Under the pieces are notes generated by a model that saw only the letters and a list, made by a program, of their open reading frames with translations, did no database searches and had not been told where the DNA came from. Position numbers and translations under genes: made by a program. A stretch of 63,122 nucleotides of DNA, the filler included, from Kipferlia bialata (lineage: Eukaryota), in NCBI GenBank assembly GCA_003568945.1. It is 5 parts of 5 records of this genome, joined end to end, with 100 filler letters (N's around TTAATTAATTAA, not from the genome) between each part and the next. Parts side by side here need not be neighbours in the genome. Positions count along the whole stretch, not along the records: positions 32,553 to 48,698 come from BDIP01000631.1; positions 48,799 to 57,715 come from BDIP01000652.1; 3 more parts are not named here. The stretch is one strand, 5' to 3'. Shown here one piece after another: positions 35,801 through 49,524 of the stretch; the stretch's first letter is position 1; every line of letters begins with the position of its first letter.

Positions 35801-38614
35801 GTCACCAAGGGAGGTGTAGCTGGGCTCCACATACAGCTTGTCAACGGTGGGGGCCTCGAGGGACCTGGGGGTTAGGTGGTAGGGTATATAGTGTATAGTA
35901 TATATGTGGATGTATATCAGACAGGACTCGAGGGACCTGGGGGTCAGGGGCGAGGGGGGGAGGGGGGAGTGCGACACACTACATATACTATATATATAGG
36001 CACTATTCTCACCTGATCTTGTCCTCGTGCACCAGTAGCATGGTGCCAGCAGCCCTAACAGCCATCTGCTCCCGGAGGGACAGCACGCTGGGGTCAGAGG
36101 GAGGGGTGGTAAAAGTATACACAGACATACACATAAGGTAGTACCTAGGGACAGGACACTGGGGTAAGAGAGAAGGTCAGCAGGGGAGACCATCAGTAGG
36201 AAGTGTAACATGTAGAACATATATGTATATATACAGCTCTGCATAGTACCTAGGGAGTGCGGGCACGTCCACTGTGAATGTCTCTCTGAACAGAGCCACG
36301 GACAGGGGCAGTCTGGGCTCGGGGGTCTCTCCCTCAACGGGCTCCACATCTGCAGAGTCATCCTCTGAGAACCTGTTCTGGGGTAAGGGGGGGGGGGGAG
36401 GAGCGAGAATTCAAGCTAAGCCGCTAATAAGTATAGGAGAGAGGGAGGGAGAGAGAGAATACTTATCATGTACTCTGTCCTGAGTACCTTTGTCACTATA
36501 TATATACCTATACACCTCTATATTAATATATAGTGTACATACATAGTATATCCTACATACCATGTACTCTGTCCTGAGTGCCTCAGTCACCATGTCGGGT
36601 GCTGCCTCCAGAATGGTCTGGGCCACATCCACTGTGCCCCTCACAGCTGGCACACCCAGCTCAACGCAGCAGGCATCCCACTCACTGCGGTAAGACAACA
36701 AGAGAGAGAGAGAGAGAGAAAGTAGGAAATACGCCAAGCTCAACACAGCAGGCATCCCACTCGCTGCGGTAAGATAGATACACACACATAGAGAGAGAGA
36801 GGTATGGGGCATATATGTAGAGACACCCACCTGACGAATGCCAGCAGTCTGCATGCCGTTGCATATGTGGGGACGGGTGTCCTGACAGAGTCGGACAGAA
36901 CGGACACAAGGGTCTTGGGCAGAGCCTGGGGTCAGTGGAACATCATATAGTCTACTCTGGTAGCTAATTCTAGTGATAGACATCTATACATAGCCACCTG
37001 CTGTATGTGCTGGGCCACACTGGGCAGGAGGTACAGCATATACAGTGAATACAGTAGTGCATACAAATACATCACTCATAGAACCCACGTATATACCTGC
37101 TGTATGTGCTGGGCCACACTGGGCAGCAGGTGTCTGGTCTGCTCGTTGGAGTGCAGGGACCGGAGAACACCCGTGGTGGCAGCACCCAGCCTGGGGGTTA
37201 GACCAATACGAATACCCATAGACACTCTACGCTCACACACATATATATACCCACCTAGCTCTCCACGACTCGTACTACATCTGGCCAATATGTATACCCA
37301 AGCACATATACACTGACGCAACACTATCCTTATATACCATACACTTCGTATGTACCTTGCCCTCCACGACTCGTACTCCATCTGGCCAATATGAATACTA
37401 ATCATATGTACACTGACGCAACATTATACATATATACACTATACATACATTCATACGATACACTACGTATGTACCTTGCCCTCCACGACTCGTACTCCAT
37501 CTGGCCAATGGACCCGATGGACTGCACGGCTATGCCCACATTGGACAGAAGCTGGGCCTCGAAGTCCTGGGGAGTGAGGATACATATATATATAGAGTGC
37601 ATATTGACACTTCAACAGTCTGTGCTAACCCACAATACATTGATACAAAGTCCTGAGGAGTGAGGATAGTGATCAGTATATATAGGATAGTGATACGGGT
37701 ATATGTATATGCTGACGAGGCTGGGCCTCGAAGTCCTGGGGAGTGAGGATATATAGAGTGATGCATGATAGTCTGTATTGACCACAACACATAGTTTATA
37801 TATATACTCAATAATGTACACACCTTGTGCCACTGTGCTGTCTATTATTATCAATGCATATGTACAACATATACTATACTATACTATATTCAATATGCAC
37901 TATACTATACTACTGCATAGACACACCTTGTGCCACTGGGCTGTCTCTCCCTCTGACATCAGCACCTGCAGGGCCTCAAACACAAAGGCACGGGCATTCT
38001 CATCTGCACAGGTGAGGACACACAGGACGTATACCCAAACACGAATACAATATATATATATAAGAATATACATAGGTCAGACATGCATACCTCCCTTCTG
38101 CAGTGTCTGCAGGAACCCGTCTGCGAGCTGTGGCACTGTGATCTCGTGCATGGCCTGCTCCACCTTGGATATGGGGGTGCGGTCCTGGGGTGAGGGGTGA
38201 GGGACAGTATGGATACATAAGAGGGAGACGGAGAGGGAGTGCATGGTACATACATACCTGGGCAGTGTTGAGCTCATAGAGACTGACAGCAGTGGCCAGG
38301 ACACGGTTGGCCATGGCTGGGGACACTGTGGAGACCTTGAGGGCCATCTCGCAGATAGCTAGAGTCAGAGAGACGAGTCAGAAGGCATGCGAACTGGAGA
38401 CTTGTGGGGTGGAATCAGCACAAAGGGGTATACTTACTCTACCTGGGATGTTGAAGCATGAGAGCAGGGCCTGGCTGATGCCTGTGAGCTCCGCCTCGCC
38501 CTCCTCAGAGCCCTGGTGGTTCAGAAGGGGCTTCAGGACCACATGGAAGTGGTTCAGGAAGTCCAGAGCCTGCTGGACCCCAGAGAGGACTGAGTGTGTG
38601 TGTTCCTTCTCCAT
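32814..38614 (-). CDS. Large multi-exon hypothetical protein (helical N-terminal part, beta-rich C-terminal part; 3' end unresolved)
   Basis: Chain of more than 20 minus-strand exons bounded by ..CCCCAG and GT sites, from MEKEHTHSVLSGVQQALDFLNHF through DFEAQLLSNVGIAVQSIG and VVDNACLALHPVMTG to AQLNVYISQDGLGLEDQLLPDH. No family recognised. Confidence 0.6.
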
Positions 38615-38815
38615 GTGAACGCTGGAATGGTCCAGGTTGCTTGAAAGTAGCGTGCTGGTCCAACATACGGCTGAACCATGGGACCCCTAACTCGAGAGTT
38701 TTTGTTCAATGAGCATTGACAACACATCTATTCAATCAACTAAGCTTAGTCCACTACAGTCCACTACAGGTAGCTACTCATGTTATGCGCTTCCATACCA
38801 TCGATTATTCCCGCT

Positions 38816-39610
38816 ATGGCTGACAATGACACCAATGATGCCGATGGGGAGGGGAACTGTGTCTTGGAGACCCCAAGTGTCGGAGGGGCTGTCACTGACA
38901 GTGTCAGGGAGTTCGACATCGAGGAGCTCTATCACCCTGTGACCCGCCCACCCGTCCACCTCGAGGACCTTGTCCCTGTCAACCGTATGGCTCCCTGCTC
39001 CGTCGATCTCTACTCCATAATGTTGCCAGCCGACCAGAGACAGTCCCATGCGCGTGGGTATCATGGGGCAGCCCTGGGACCGGCGCGTGACAAGGCCAGG
39101 TACACTGTGACACAACTGATAGGAGGTGCCCTTTCGCCGCAGTGTGACGCGCACGGGTGGGACTTCCAAGAGATCCTGGACGCTGCTCTCTCTGTCAAGG
39201 ATGCCCACCTTGACCATTTCCATCTCCGTCCCACAGAGGCGCAGGAAAGGCTCCTTCGAGAGGTACACCTCCCCCTACCTCATCTGATGTCGATATGTGT
39301 TGTCTTATTGTTCCGGTTGTCGATCAGATGATCGAGTCTGCTCTAGTTTGTATTGTTTCCTCTCTGTACTATCATGTTCTTTACCGGGTTATATACTGAC
39401 CCCCAGGTGGAGCAGACAGTGGGCCTTGACGCCATTGATCTCGTGTGGATGGTGATGCGCCGAGGCTGCTGTATCCCAGATACCTGTGACCTCCACTCTC
39501 TGGACCTGGTGACCACCCATCACATATTTGCTGATCCATACTCCACCCTCAATAAGCTGGTGAGGATGTGCAGGGATGCTGAGGGTCCTCCCCGCGATGA
39601 GTTTGAGTGA
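38816..39610 (+). CDS. Hypothetical protein, 2 exons
   Basis: ATG at 38816. Phase-0 intron 39263-39406 (GT..ctgacccccAG) joins ..QERLLRE to VEQTVGLDAID..RDEFE*. Confidence 0.7.
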
Positions 39611-39657
39611 CTGGGGTGAGTACACATTCCCTTGTAGTAGCATTGGTACAAAAGAAT

Positions 39658-42600
39658 TTATCCCCCACTCTGTGCCTTTGACCTCTGCTGCAGTTCCCTC
39701 ATCACTGCGTCACGATGTTCCTCTGAGGGGAAGCAGAGCAGATAGCGCTTCTCCCTCTCCCCCTTCATGTAGTCGAACCTCAGTCCATGCCGTGTCCCCC
39801 CTGCCTTGATGACGCTGACACTCTCACAAGCACGGAAGGTGAGGCCCTCCAGCCTGACTGTGCCTGCTGGGGTGGCATCGGGGTCAGACACCTTGGCCTC
39901 CGTCTCATACCACCACAGACGGTCAGGCCCAATCACATAGTGCCGGGTCTGGAGTCGCTTGAAGAGGCCCTTGCCGCCTAGTTTCTGGGCCACAAAGACA
40001 TGGTGCTCTCTCTCACCAGGCTCTTCGCCACTATGGCACTCCTGGTTGAGGGTGTCATCTTCTTCCAGAGTCTCTCCCTCTCTAGGCTCTAGCAGATATG
40101 TGCAGTCGCCCTCTATGCAGTGCACAATGGCCTTTAGCAGCTGGTCCCTCACGCTGGTGTTCTCGAAGCACAGGTAGTAGCGGACAGGGTTCACCTCTCT
40201 GCTGCAGTCGAATCCCATGCCTATGGACGTGCCCCCCAGCGCCACCGCCTCTGGGTTGTGACACACCCTGGGGCACCCTATCTCAGACAGGGCGGCACTG
40301 CCTAGAGGGGCCTCTCCTGCTGTGTAGGCTGCAAGGGATGCGTACCAGCTGAGACCAGAGGGTGTGAGTACAAACAACCGCTGTTGTAGCCGTCTGAATG
40401 GGGCCACCCCTCCCAGCTTGTGGGCTACTGTCACATATCTGTAGGCACTGCCCTCCGAGGTATCATTTTCTACATCTCTCTCCTCTTCTACAATCTGAGT
40501 GGGTGTAAGAGTGGAAAGGGTCGTGGCAGAGGAGGTGAGAGGTGAGAGGCCGGAGATCAGATAGCCAGATTCTTCGGCCCCACTCTCTTCCGTCTGGCTC
40601 TCCGGTTGGGTATCGATATAGGCACTCCCAGTGTATGAGGCACCATCGTCACACATCTGGAGCACGTACTCGTCTGCAGCCTGCTTGATACCTAGTAGTC
40701 CTGCATTGGCTATCCCGCCCTCCCTTGTCCGGTACACATAGAGGTCAGGTTCCACCAGATACGCCCCGCAGACTGCGTTGATGGCGTCTGCCAGGGAGTT
40801 GTTGTAGAGGGACAGCCGTGCCTCCCACGTGGTCAGGGCCTCTACCCTTCGGAGTGCACCGAGCAGAGGCAGGAACAGAGAGGGGTAGGGGCCTATGCGA
40901 AGGTCACAGACAGCTCTGAGGAGAGAGATAGGGACAAAGGGAACCCCGTCACTGTGACCGATTCGGGGCACCATCACGTACCGGTCCTCCCTGTATACCT
41001 TCCATGACTTCCACTCACCCTTGGAGGGGGGCAGGACGTCATTGACCTCATCCAGACATGCCTGCAGCACTATCCTGCCTAGCATGTCCTCTAGGGGTGC
41101 ATCAGGGTCAGACTTACCCGCCTTCAGTGTGTTGAAGACATGTGTATATGCCATGTGGAAGGGTATGCACATGAGCAGCGTCTCTAGGAGAGAGGCCCCC
41201 CCAGACACGAGGAGTGACATGTCGGTATTGTATACACGAGTGTAGCGGTAGAGGATTCTGCGCCACGTCTCTCTCTCTCCCATAGCACTGTCACAATCCT
41301 CACCTGTGTCGCTGTCTGTGTGGTGTGAGGTGACCAGAAGTACCTGTGGGTGGGGGTCCTCGTATGCAGGGTCAGTCAACGTCACAGGAGGCACTGCGTC
41401 GATACCACCCCTCTCCCCATCTCCTCCCAGGATGTCTGCACATATGACTACCAGGCCCTCTGTATAGGATGTAGTCAGCTGTCTCAAGGCACTCCTGGCC
41501 TCTCTCTCCCCCACAAGGCCACTATCTGAGCCCCCACTCATAAGGGTGTAGAGAGACTGGTGCCCCCCCTTGTACACCTCTGTGTCGAAGCAATCTGCCT
41601 CCTGACCGAGCCTTGCCAGTGCCGCAGTGAGTGACACATAGGCAGAGCGTGTCATGAGTGGACCCGCCACAATGAGGCAGGGGTGGTGTGGCTCGTACAA
41701 GGGGGCAACTGTCACCTGGGACGTGTATACCTGTATCAGTCTGTCCCTGTAGTAGAGCCTGGCCTGGATGGGGACCAGGGTGTATGGCTGGATGGACCCA
41801 CCCACAGTGAGGGAGAGAGGGGTAAGGGAGAGGGTGGTCCCAGGGGCTGTGTCTGGTATGGGTATGCGGTACCCATGGGATATGCACAAGGGAGAGTCAG
41901 CACAGGTGTCTGAGGCCTCAGTGCCTACACTACTCTCAGGGTCTGTCCCACTATCACCAGTTCCAAAGTCACTAGTCTGGGCATCCTCGCCTGGCTGAGA
42001 CCCCACACTCTCGTATCCGTGGCACCCCTCTGTGAGGTGCACCCCTGCTGGCACTGCAATGTCCATGTACAGACCCTCAGAGGCTACCAGGGTCTCATGT
42101 GACACGTTATGTACCTTCACTGTCACGTCGAATGGTGTATCTGTCCCAACCTTGACTGCAGTGTGTGTTAGGGATACCATCTGAATGGGCCACTGGGTGG
42201 GAAGGGTCCACTCCAGCTCGGACTCCCACTGCTCTCTGCCCAACACCTCCACCGCACCCCTCAGTGTGTATCCCTGGATATATGTCGTGTCGGTTGTGTC
42301 ATGGGTGCACTGCATGGTGGGCAGGTCAGACTGGTAGGCAGGGAGAGAGAGATGCGGCAGAAGAGAGGGGATCAGGGCGGCAGCGATGGAGAAGGAGTAT
42401 GTTGGCGTGTCTGTGTCCTTCCCACCGTCCTCATTCGCCTCAGTGTCAGGGACAGTATCGCCTGAGCCCTTGCATAGAACAGTGGTGTCCCCAGCTGCGA
42501 GACTGTCCAAGGGGTACCTGTGCTCCTCTACCGATTCCTTCTCCTCCCCCTGTTGTCCCACACCACTATCTCTCTCTCTCTCTAGAGACAACACCACCTC

Positions 42601-43554
42601 TGTGTTCTTAAGTGGTGTAGGGAGCCCCCCCACATTATGGACAGACACCCCCCTGACCGTGACCTCAGACCCTGGCTCCACCAGGCCATGCCCCACCCTG
42701 TCCCCCAGTGACACCCCAGTCAGCACAGGCAGGTAGGGCAGGGGGGCTGTCTCAGCCACTGTCCCTGAGGAGTCTGTGAGTTGGTAGGTCACAGACCCCG
42801 CACCCCCATCCCTCCCGTCCCCACCTGACACCCCATCGACCCCTGCCTTGCCAGGTTCCCCACTCCTACCGGGGACTCCGTGTGTCCCACGCACCCCATC
42901 CACCCCTGGGTAGGAGACGTCCCCAATCTGGTAGCCGTAGGCCACCCCAGGGGCACCCCCCTCGCCACCCCTCCCACCACACCCTCCCAGGCCCCCTCTG
43001 CCACCTGCTGCTGCATGGCCTCCAAGGCCTGCCTTGCCCCCTGGGGTCACCATCCCTATCAGTCTCTACCAGATGCATGGGTATGGGTGTGGATAGGTAT
43101 GTACCTGGGACAGACACTCCGATGAGACCCAGTAGGTCAGAGTCCGCAGGACAGACACTCACAACCACAGCACCCCCGTCTCCGCCGTCCTGGCCATTGC
43201 CTGTCGGTTGGACGGTAGGAGAGGCAGAATACATGCTGGGCTCAATACGTGTCATTGGTTCATGTTTGCATATGAGATATGTCTTCGTTTAATGGAACGT
43301 ACCTGCGTTTCCCGGGTCCCCTCCATCCCCTCCGTCGGTTCCATCAGTCCCGTTGCCACCAGGGGCTAGGGTGGTGAGGGCGTGGTAGGGAGTGATGGGG
43401 TATAATTACGTGGCGAAGAAGTATTGCTGTGGGGCGAGTCCAGAGAGTTAAGTGTTGTTTGCTCTGATGTGTGGTTGTACCTCCATGCCCCCCCATTCTG
43501 TCCCCTGCCAGCCCAGGGGTACCTGCCATCCCATCCACACCTGGACTGGGTGAG

Positions 43555-43586
<32 letters not shown>

Positions 43587-44086
43587 GAAGGGTGCTTGTG
43601 ATAATGTGCATATGGTTTGGCTCACCTTCCGCTTCCCCCGTCCCCTCCCCGCCCCCCGTCCCCCCCTGCACCCCCTCTCCCACCCGGTGCATCGATCACC
43701 ACACTCTCTCCACCTGATAGGGTGTAGGTATGGTCCAAGGCCTCTCCATCGGCTGTACCGTGCACCCTAACCCCTCGACAGAATGTCATACCCCTCTCAA
43801 GACGCTCAACGGTCACCTCTACACGCTTCCCATTTCCCCCAGGGGTCCCGTCCCGACCAGGTGTCCCATCCTCACCCCTGGTGCCTGCTGCCATGTATAC
43901 TGAGGCGCCACTCTGTCCGTGCACCCCATCCTCCCCATCAGACCCATCGGCACCACAGGCAGAGAGGGTGTAGAGGGTGTGGGGGGAGGGGCCAGTAGGG
44001 GAGAGAGAGAGTAGGGATGGGGATGGGGGAGGTCTCTCAACCCCAAGACGTGGGGGTGGTAGGACAAGACCAACCTCTTCCGACAT
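39658..44086 (-). CDS. Large protein with Gly-rich collagen-like N-terminal repeats, beta-sandwich-like middle and two C-terminal PH-like domains
   Basis: Long terminal ORF of 1131 aa plus upstream exons. GxxGxxG runs; GLVEPGSEVTVRGVSVHNVGGLPTP; two PH-like repeats KLGGVAPFRRLQQRLFVLTPSGLSWY..YYLCFENTSVRDQLLKAI and KLGGKGLFKRLQTRHYVIGPDRLWWY..YLLCFPSEEHRDAVMREL. Confidence 0.8.
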
Positions 44087-44717
44087 CCCTAAAATTCACT
44101 GATACAATAGATCCTGTATGGTCAGTATTGCTGCACTGTGCGTATAGTTATGTTGACTTGAATCTCTACACGGAAGAGGACTGACAACAACATAGCATGT
44201 GTACACATGGCGATATTACCCTTAACCTACACATGACCCACTATATCTATGAAATACAGACCAATGAGAACATAGTTTGGGTAGGATTGTGCCTGGGCTG
44301 TATGACATGTAAATGAGACTCATACATGTCACAAGCGAATATATATCAGGTTCCATCCAACACTGCATTTGATGTCAGCGATATATCCATACCTTTAGGA
44401 CTAAATAGATAACACCTACACAGACTATTAACTGTTTGTGGGATGTGTAACGATGGAAACCAGTGTGCAGTCGGCCTTGCTGTGAAGGCAATGGTTTTTC
44501 TCCGTTAAGGGACTAGCTGAAGGCTTGTCACACAGGGTGGTATGTGACTCACATAGCAATGCACTTAACTCCCTACAGATTGCAAAGAACCACTGCGACC
44601 TGTCATATAGTGCCTGATTCGAGAGAAGTCTCATTGCATACGCTCAGTGCTCTATTAAAGGGAACAGTCGGACACAAATACACATACTCTAGGCACCAGA
44701 GTCCAGGATACCCTGCC

Positions 44718-45369
44718 TCAGAGGTCAGCGATACCATCAATGGCAGCCACAATCTCCACCATATCAGCCTGGGCACTGAGGGCGGCATTGCTAGGGTGAG
44801 AGGCGATATATCCTACCCATACACATACTGATTGTATATGAGTCAGCAGATGGAAATACACATTAGTTAGATGGACACGCCCACCTGAGTGTCTGCCCCT
44901 GGGGGTTGGTGCTGGACACCTTGCCATACAGCTGGGGTGAGACCACAGACCACACAGTATCAATGTGAGACAGGTTGTATACACACCCTGCCTCTGGGTA
45001 AGAGACACGAACTAGGGTACCTTATTCACGGCCTGCATCGTCTCGCCAGTGGCATCAGACACAACCCGGTCCAGACTCAGCTTCAGTTTCCGGATCTCTA
45101 TCTGGTTAGACCAAGGGTAGAGTAGGAGAGAGAGAGACAGGTAGAGAGAGAGAGGGGGAGAGACACCGGCAAGACTACAAATCCATACCTGAGTTCTGTA
45201 GCACTCTGTGTGCCTCCTTGGCAGCCACCCCATCTGCTGCTGTGCCGCCCTCTCTCTCCTCTGTATGTGCCCCATCCTCAGGTGCATCTTCTGTAGGGGC
45301 AGGTGCCACCTCAACAGCCACCTCCTCCTCACTCGACTCCTCAATCTCCCCACTCACGGCATGGGACAT
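44718..45369 (-). CDS. Small acidic multi-exon hypothetical protein
   Basis: MSHAVSGEIEESSEEE..LQNS / SNQIEIRKLKLSLDRVVSDATGETMQAVNK / .. / NAALSAQADMVEIVAAIDGIADL*. Confidence 0.5.
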
Positions 45370-45644
45370 CGCCCCCTACGTGTACACACAGAGTAGAACT
45401 GCTACCAGGCAGGACTGGAGGGTTCTCACCCGGATGACTACAGCAGTATACGCTGGTATGGGTAAGAGAGGAACAGTCAAGGCTCTGACTCAGTCACTGT
45501 TTTTGGACCCCTATCCACTGCCGCATCTTAGCGTACAAAGGCGGCTCTCTACGTGCCACTGACTTCGAGTCTATACCTTTGGGAGACTCCCGCCTCTGCA
45601 CCCCTTGTACCCCATACCATATATCTCGAGACAGACCCCCTAGC

Positions 45645-48391
45645 ATGCCGTCTCTGCCCACCCTGGTGGGGCTGCTGACCAGGTACACCTCTGGGGTGTT
45701 TGACCCCTCTGTGGAGCTGACCCTGAGGCAGTATGTGCAGAGTGACCCAGCTGCAACAGAGACACTCTTCCAGGTATGTATGTCTTGTAGATGTATGCTG
45801 TATTATATGGCTGTGGCATAGTGCTGCTTAGACTGTACTCTCCTTTGCCATCCACCACCTGTACCTCACCTCCCAGGCCTTCATGGCCGAGGAGTGCCCC
45901 ATCCAGGCCAGGAATGCAGCTGGGGCCATCCTACTAGGTGGGGGAGAGTGGCCAGTTGCACTCTAGTTTTGTACGTACATGATACTGACCCCTAGGTGTT
46001 GAGATGGGCACTCTCTCCTCCTCCATCCTGGCCGGTGTGCTGTCCGGGTGCTGTGGGATGCTGGCCACACACGGCAACCCCTCGCAGCCCCCCTCCCCCC
46101 TGCTTCCTGTGCTGACCTCTCTGATAGGTGCCATCCTGGCTGTCACACCTGGCACATTGAGGAGACAGGTCCTGGCCGAGCTGGTGGGGGGGTCTCTGAG
46201 TGTGTCCACCCACCCATCGTCCGTGCAGTGCCTGCTGAGAGGGAGAGAGAGAGGCATGGCCATGGGCGCAGAGCCCCTGCAGCAGTGCGTGGGTCTGTGC
46301 CTCCAGACACTGTCCCAGGGCCTGGAGGCTGGGTCCCCAGATGTGACCACCCTCCACTCCCTGTTAGTCCTATCCTTATTGGATGACATACCCTGTGCAG
46401 CCGAGGGGGTCATCGCCAGCATCCTCTCTGCCGCTGGTACCATCCTCCAGCAGTACCTGGCCATGCCAAGGGCAGCACACACACAGGCACGGACACTGAT
46501 TGTATATGTATAATATATACTGATACGTATCATATATACACTGATACCCAGGCACCCCAGTATGACGAGACCGTGTGTGCGTGTGTGGCCTGCCTTGAGT
46601 TCATCCTGACCCACCACTACGGTACAGTCCCCTCCCACCTCTGCGAGTCTGCCGTGGCCCTCCTCTTCTCTGCACTCCAGCAGATACCAGGGGCCTCTGC
46701 ATCTCCACAGGGCAGCCCTCTCTCGATGGCAGTGTCTGAGAGGGTGCTGGTCGGATGGGTGGCCATTCTAGACGGAGAGGTGCCGGTTGGGGGAGACAGG
46801 GAGAGAGACTCCCTGTGCGAGACACTCATCCGGTGTCTGTCAGCCCACCTACCCCCTGTGGACCTCTCCCTCCCCTCCCCCTATGACCCCTATGGAGGGG
46901 ATGCTGACCTAGGTGTGGAGGACGGTGAGCTGGCGCCCTCTGTCCTGCTCACCCTGGCCTCTCTCTCCCCCCTCCCCCCTGCCCCTGTCTCCAGGGCCCT
47001 CTCTCTCTCCCCCAGCAACGAGTCCCTGGCCCAGAGTGGCCTCCTCGCCATGTGTGCCAGCCCTGAGGACCTACCCTCAGAGCTGATATCCTCTGCCCTG
47101 GCCCTGTGCCTCTCCCCCTCCCCCCTGCTATCCCTCTCTGCCACTCTCCTGGCATCATACGTCCCCAATGAGGCAGCTGCCACCCCAGGCCTCCTCAACC
47201 ACATGGTCTCTGTGTTGTCTAGGGGAGAGGGCCTCTCCCCCACCCACACTGCCACTGTGTGTGACACCCTGGGTGAGGTACTACCCAGGGTGGGTGTTGA
47301 TATGGCCCAGGCACAGTCTCTGGTGCACTCTGTCTCAGGTGTCTTCGGCCACCTGCCCCACCCCCCTGCCCTCTCTCTCTTTGCCTGTCTGCAGGCCGTG
47401 GCCATGTGTCTGTCCGATGTCGGCGAGCCTGCCCTACCCTTACTGGTAGAGATCATGTCCCTGGCAGCCTCTAGGATAGAGAGGGAGGCCGAGACCAGAC
47501 ATGGCCTGGAGACTGTGAGGGTGTGTCTGGAGGGGTTCGAGGAGGACACCCTCTCTGCAGTGGCACCTGCCCTCTCCTGCCTGGTGCCCTCTCTCTCCAG
47601 CTTCCTCTCCAGCCACACCGAGGCCGTCCTTGGCTCCCTAGCCACCACCTCTCTCTCTGCCTATGGCGACCTGGATGAGGTCGTGGCTGCGGTGGAGGTG
47701 GTGGGTGAGGTTGCAAGGCTCAACGCCCCCCTCGTCGACCCCCTGCTGCAGTCTGTGGTCCCCCTGTGCAATCTTATGCACCCCTCTCTCTCTATGGCAT
47801 GCTTTGGAGTCATTGGGGAGTATGCTGGTCACCAGGCCGTGCCCGCCGCCTCTGCCTCTGCCTCTGTCTCAGGCTGCATGGAGAGTGTCAGGATAGCAGT
47901 GTTCATGCAGACATGTGCATGCAACAACGCACTGTGGTCGGTGGTTAGGTGTGTGTTAGTGTACATCTCACTCCTTATGTAGCATCCTAGTGTCATTATG
48001 TCATATGCCATATATCATATATCCTCCCTCTGACCCCAGGTGTCTGGCCAGGGGTGTTGTCCCTGAGGATGTGGGCACCATTCTGACTGTTGGCATCGAC
48101 CGTATGCTCTCCTGCCCCCACCAGTTCGGCCAGGTATCCCCCGAGGAGCAGATGTTTGTGGTGCTTGTCCTCCTGGGCATCGCCAGGGGTGTCCCCGAGG
48201 CCCTTAATGGGTACAGGGGGTGTGCCGAGGCTCTCTACTCCAGACTGGGTGGGGTCGAGGACCCTGATGATATGGCCCTGTGTCTGCAGGGCCTGGAGTG
48301 CATGGTGTCGGGCCAGGCCAGGGGCATAGCCGTGGGGTGTGAGCAGGAGTATGCTTCCAGGGCCAAGGCCATGGTCGAGGGGGGGATGTGA
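45645..48391 (+). CDS. HEAT-repeat karyopherin-beta family protein, transportin-1-like (divergent)
   Basis: Leu/Ala-rich helical repeats across 5 exons. The N-terminal ARNAAGAILL and C-terminal MACFGVIGEYA..ACNNALWSV resemble transportin motifs (RxxAGLxL, SxFALLGDL, CNNAxWAIG). Confidence 0.6.
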
Positions 48392-48698
48392 GAGGAGAGA
48401 CATACCCAGAGAGGGCCAGCTCTCTCCTTCCCTTGTGTGTCAGTGTGTTGGGTCTATGCTTGGTGCGTATTGACCTTTGAATATTAATATCGTTTGTTCT
48501 TCGTATTGTACTGATTCCATTATTGTGGCGTGAATAGATTGTGCGTGATAGACACCAAGCCCTACTCCTTGTACTGACACACCAAATAGGGAAAGACTGA
48601 CATCCACTACACCTAACAAACCACTGGATATTACAATTTCTTCGTGCGTCCCAGCCGCTTAAGACGTGGGACTGCACGGTACACTAAAACCTATACAT

Positions 48699-48798
48699 NN
48701 NNNNNNNNNNNNNNNNNNNNNNNNNNNNNNNNNNNNNNNNNNTTAATTAATTAANNNNNNNNNNNNNNNNNNNNNNNNNNNNNNNNNNNNNNNNNNNN
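48699..48798. other. Artificial contig linker
   Basis: N-run, TTAATTAATTAA, N-run; 100 nt. Confidence 0.97.
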
Positions 48799-48833
48799 TG
48801 GGGTAGGGGTAGAGAGAGAGGAATGGGGGGGGG

Positions 48834-48859
<26 letters not shown>

Positions 48860-48867
<8 letters not shown>

Positions 48868-49295
48868 AGAGATTGGAGATGGCAGATATAGACATTGAGA
48901 CGCACCTATACCCAGCACTGTATGTACCACACAGTCAAGGTCAGCCACGGCATCTCTCTTGGTCCTGGTCAGGCTGGGAGAGATTGATGAGTCTACATCA
49001 CACTGTCCAAACCTATAGAGTCAGTCACCATGAAGTATGTATCAGGTGTAGTAACTATGGGATACCTACACTCGACGCACCTCTCTCGTAGATGTGCCTG
49101 GGCTTCCTTCAGACAGCGCTCCGTCAGCCTCTCTAGGGGAACAGCCTCTGAGGGAAGAAGGGAGACTAGGAGACAGGGCATATTAGTGTACACACTCCAG
49201 ACGGGGTATGCCATACTCTCTTCATATGCCCAACATATATGAGTAGCACATACACTATACCTCTTCCAGTGGCTGAGTACACACCAGTATGGCAT
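48860..49295 (-). CDS. 5' part of a hypothetical multi-exon gene, cut by the contig end
   Basis: Short exon-like segments MPYWCVLSHWK, EAVPLERLTERCLKEAQAHLRE and DAVADLDCVVHTVLGIG between GT-AG sites. Confidence 0.35.
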
Positions 49296-49524
49296 GCAAT
49301 TGATATGCTAGTCATCGAAAGAGAGTGAGGTTGCTACGTCTTCAGACCCTCACTGAGAAGAAACGTTTCAAACGATACATCTGCTTTCCCAACTACACGA
49401 TCTATTCACTTTCCAAACACAAATCTCCTAGAAACCAACAACGCTATTGCGCACCTCTCCGTATTGAAACTACACTGTAAAAACATCTCTTGCGCCACCT
49501 CTTCTTTCTCTCTCTCCCTCTGGT

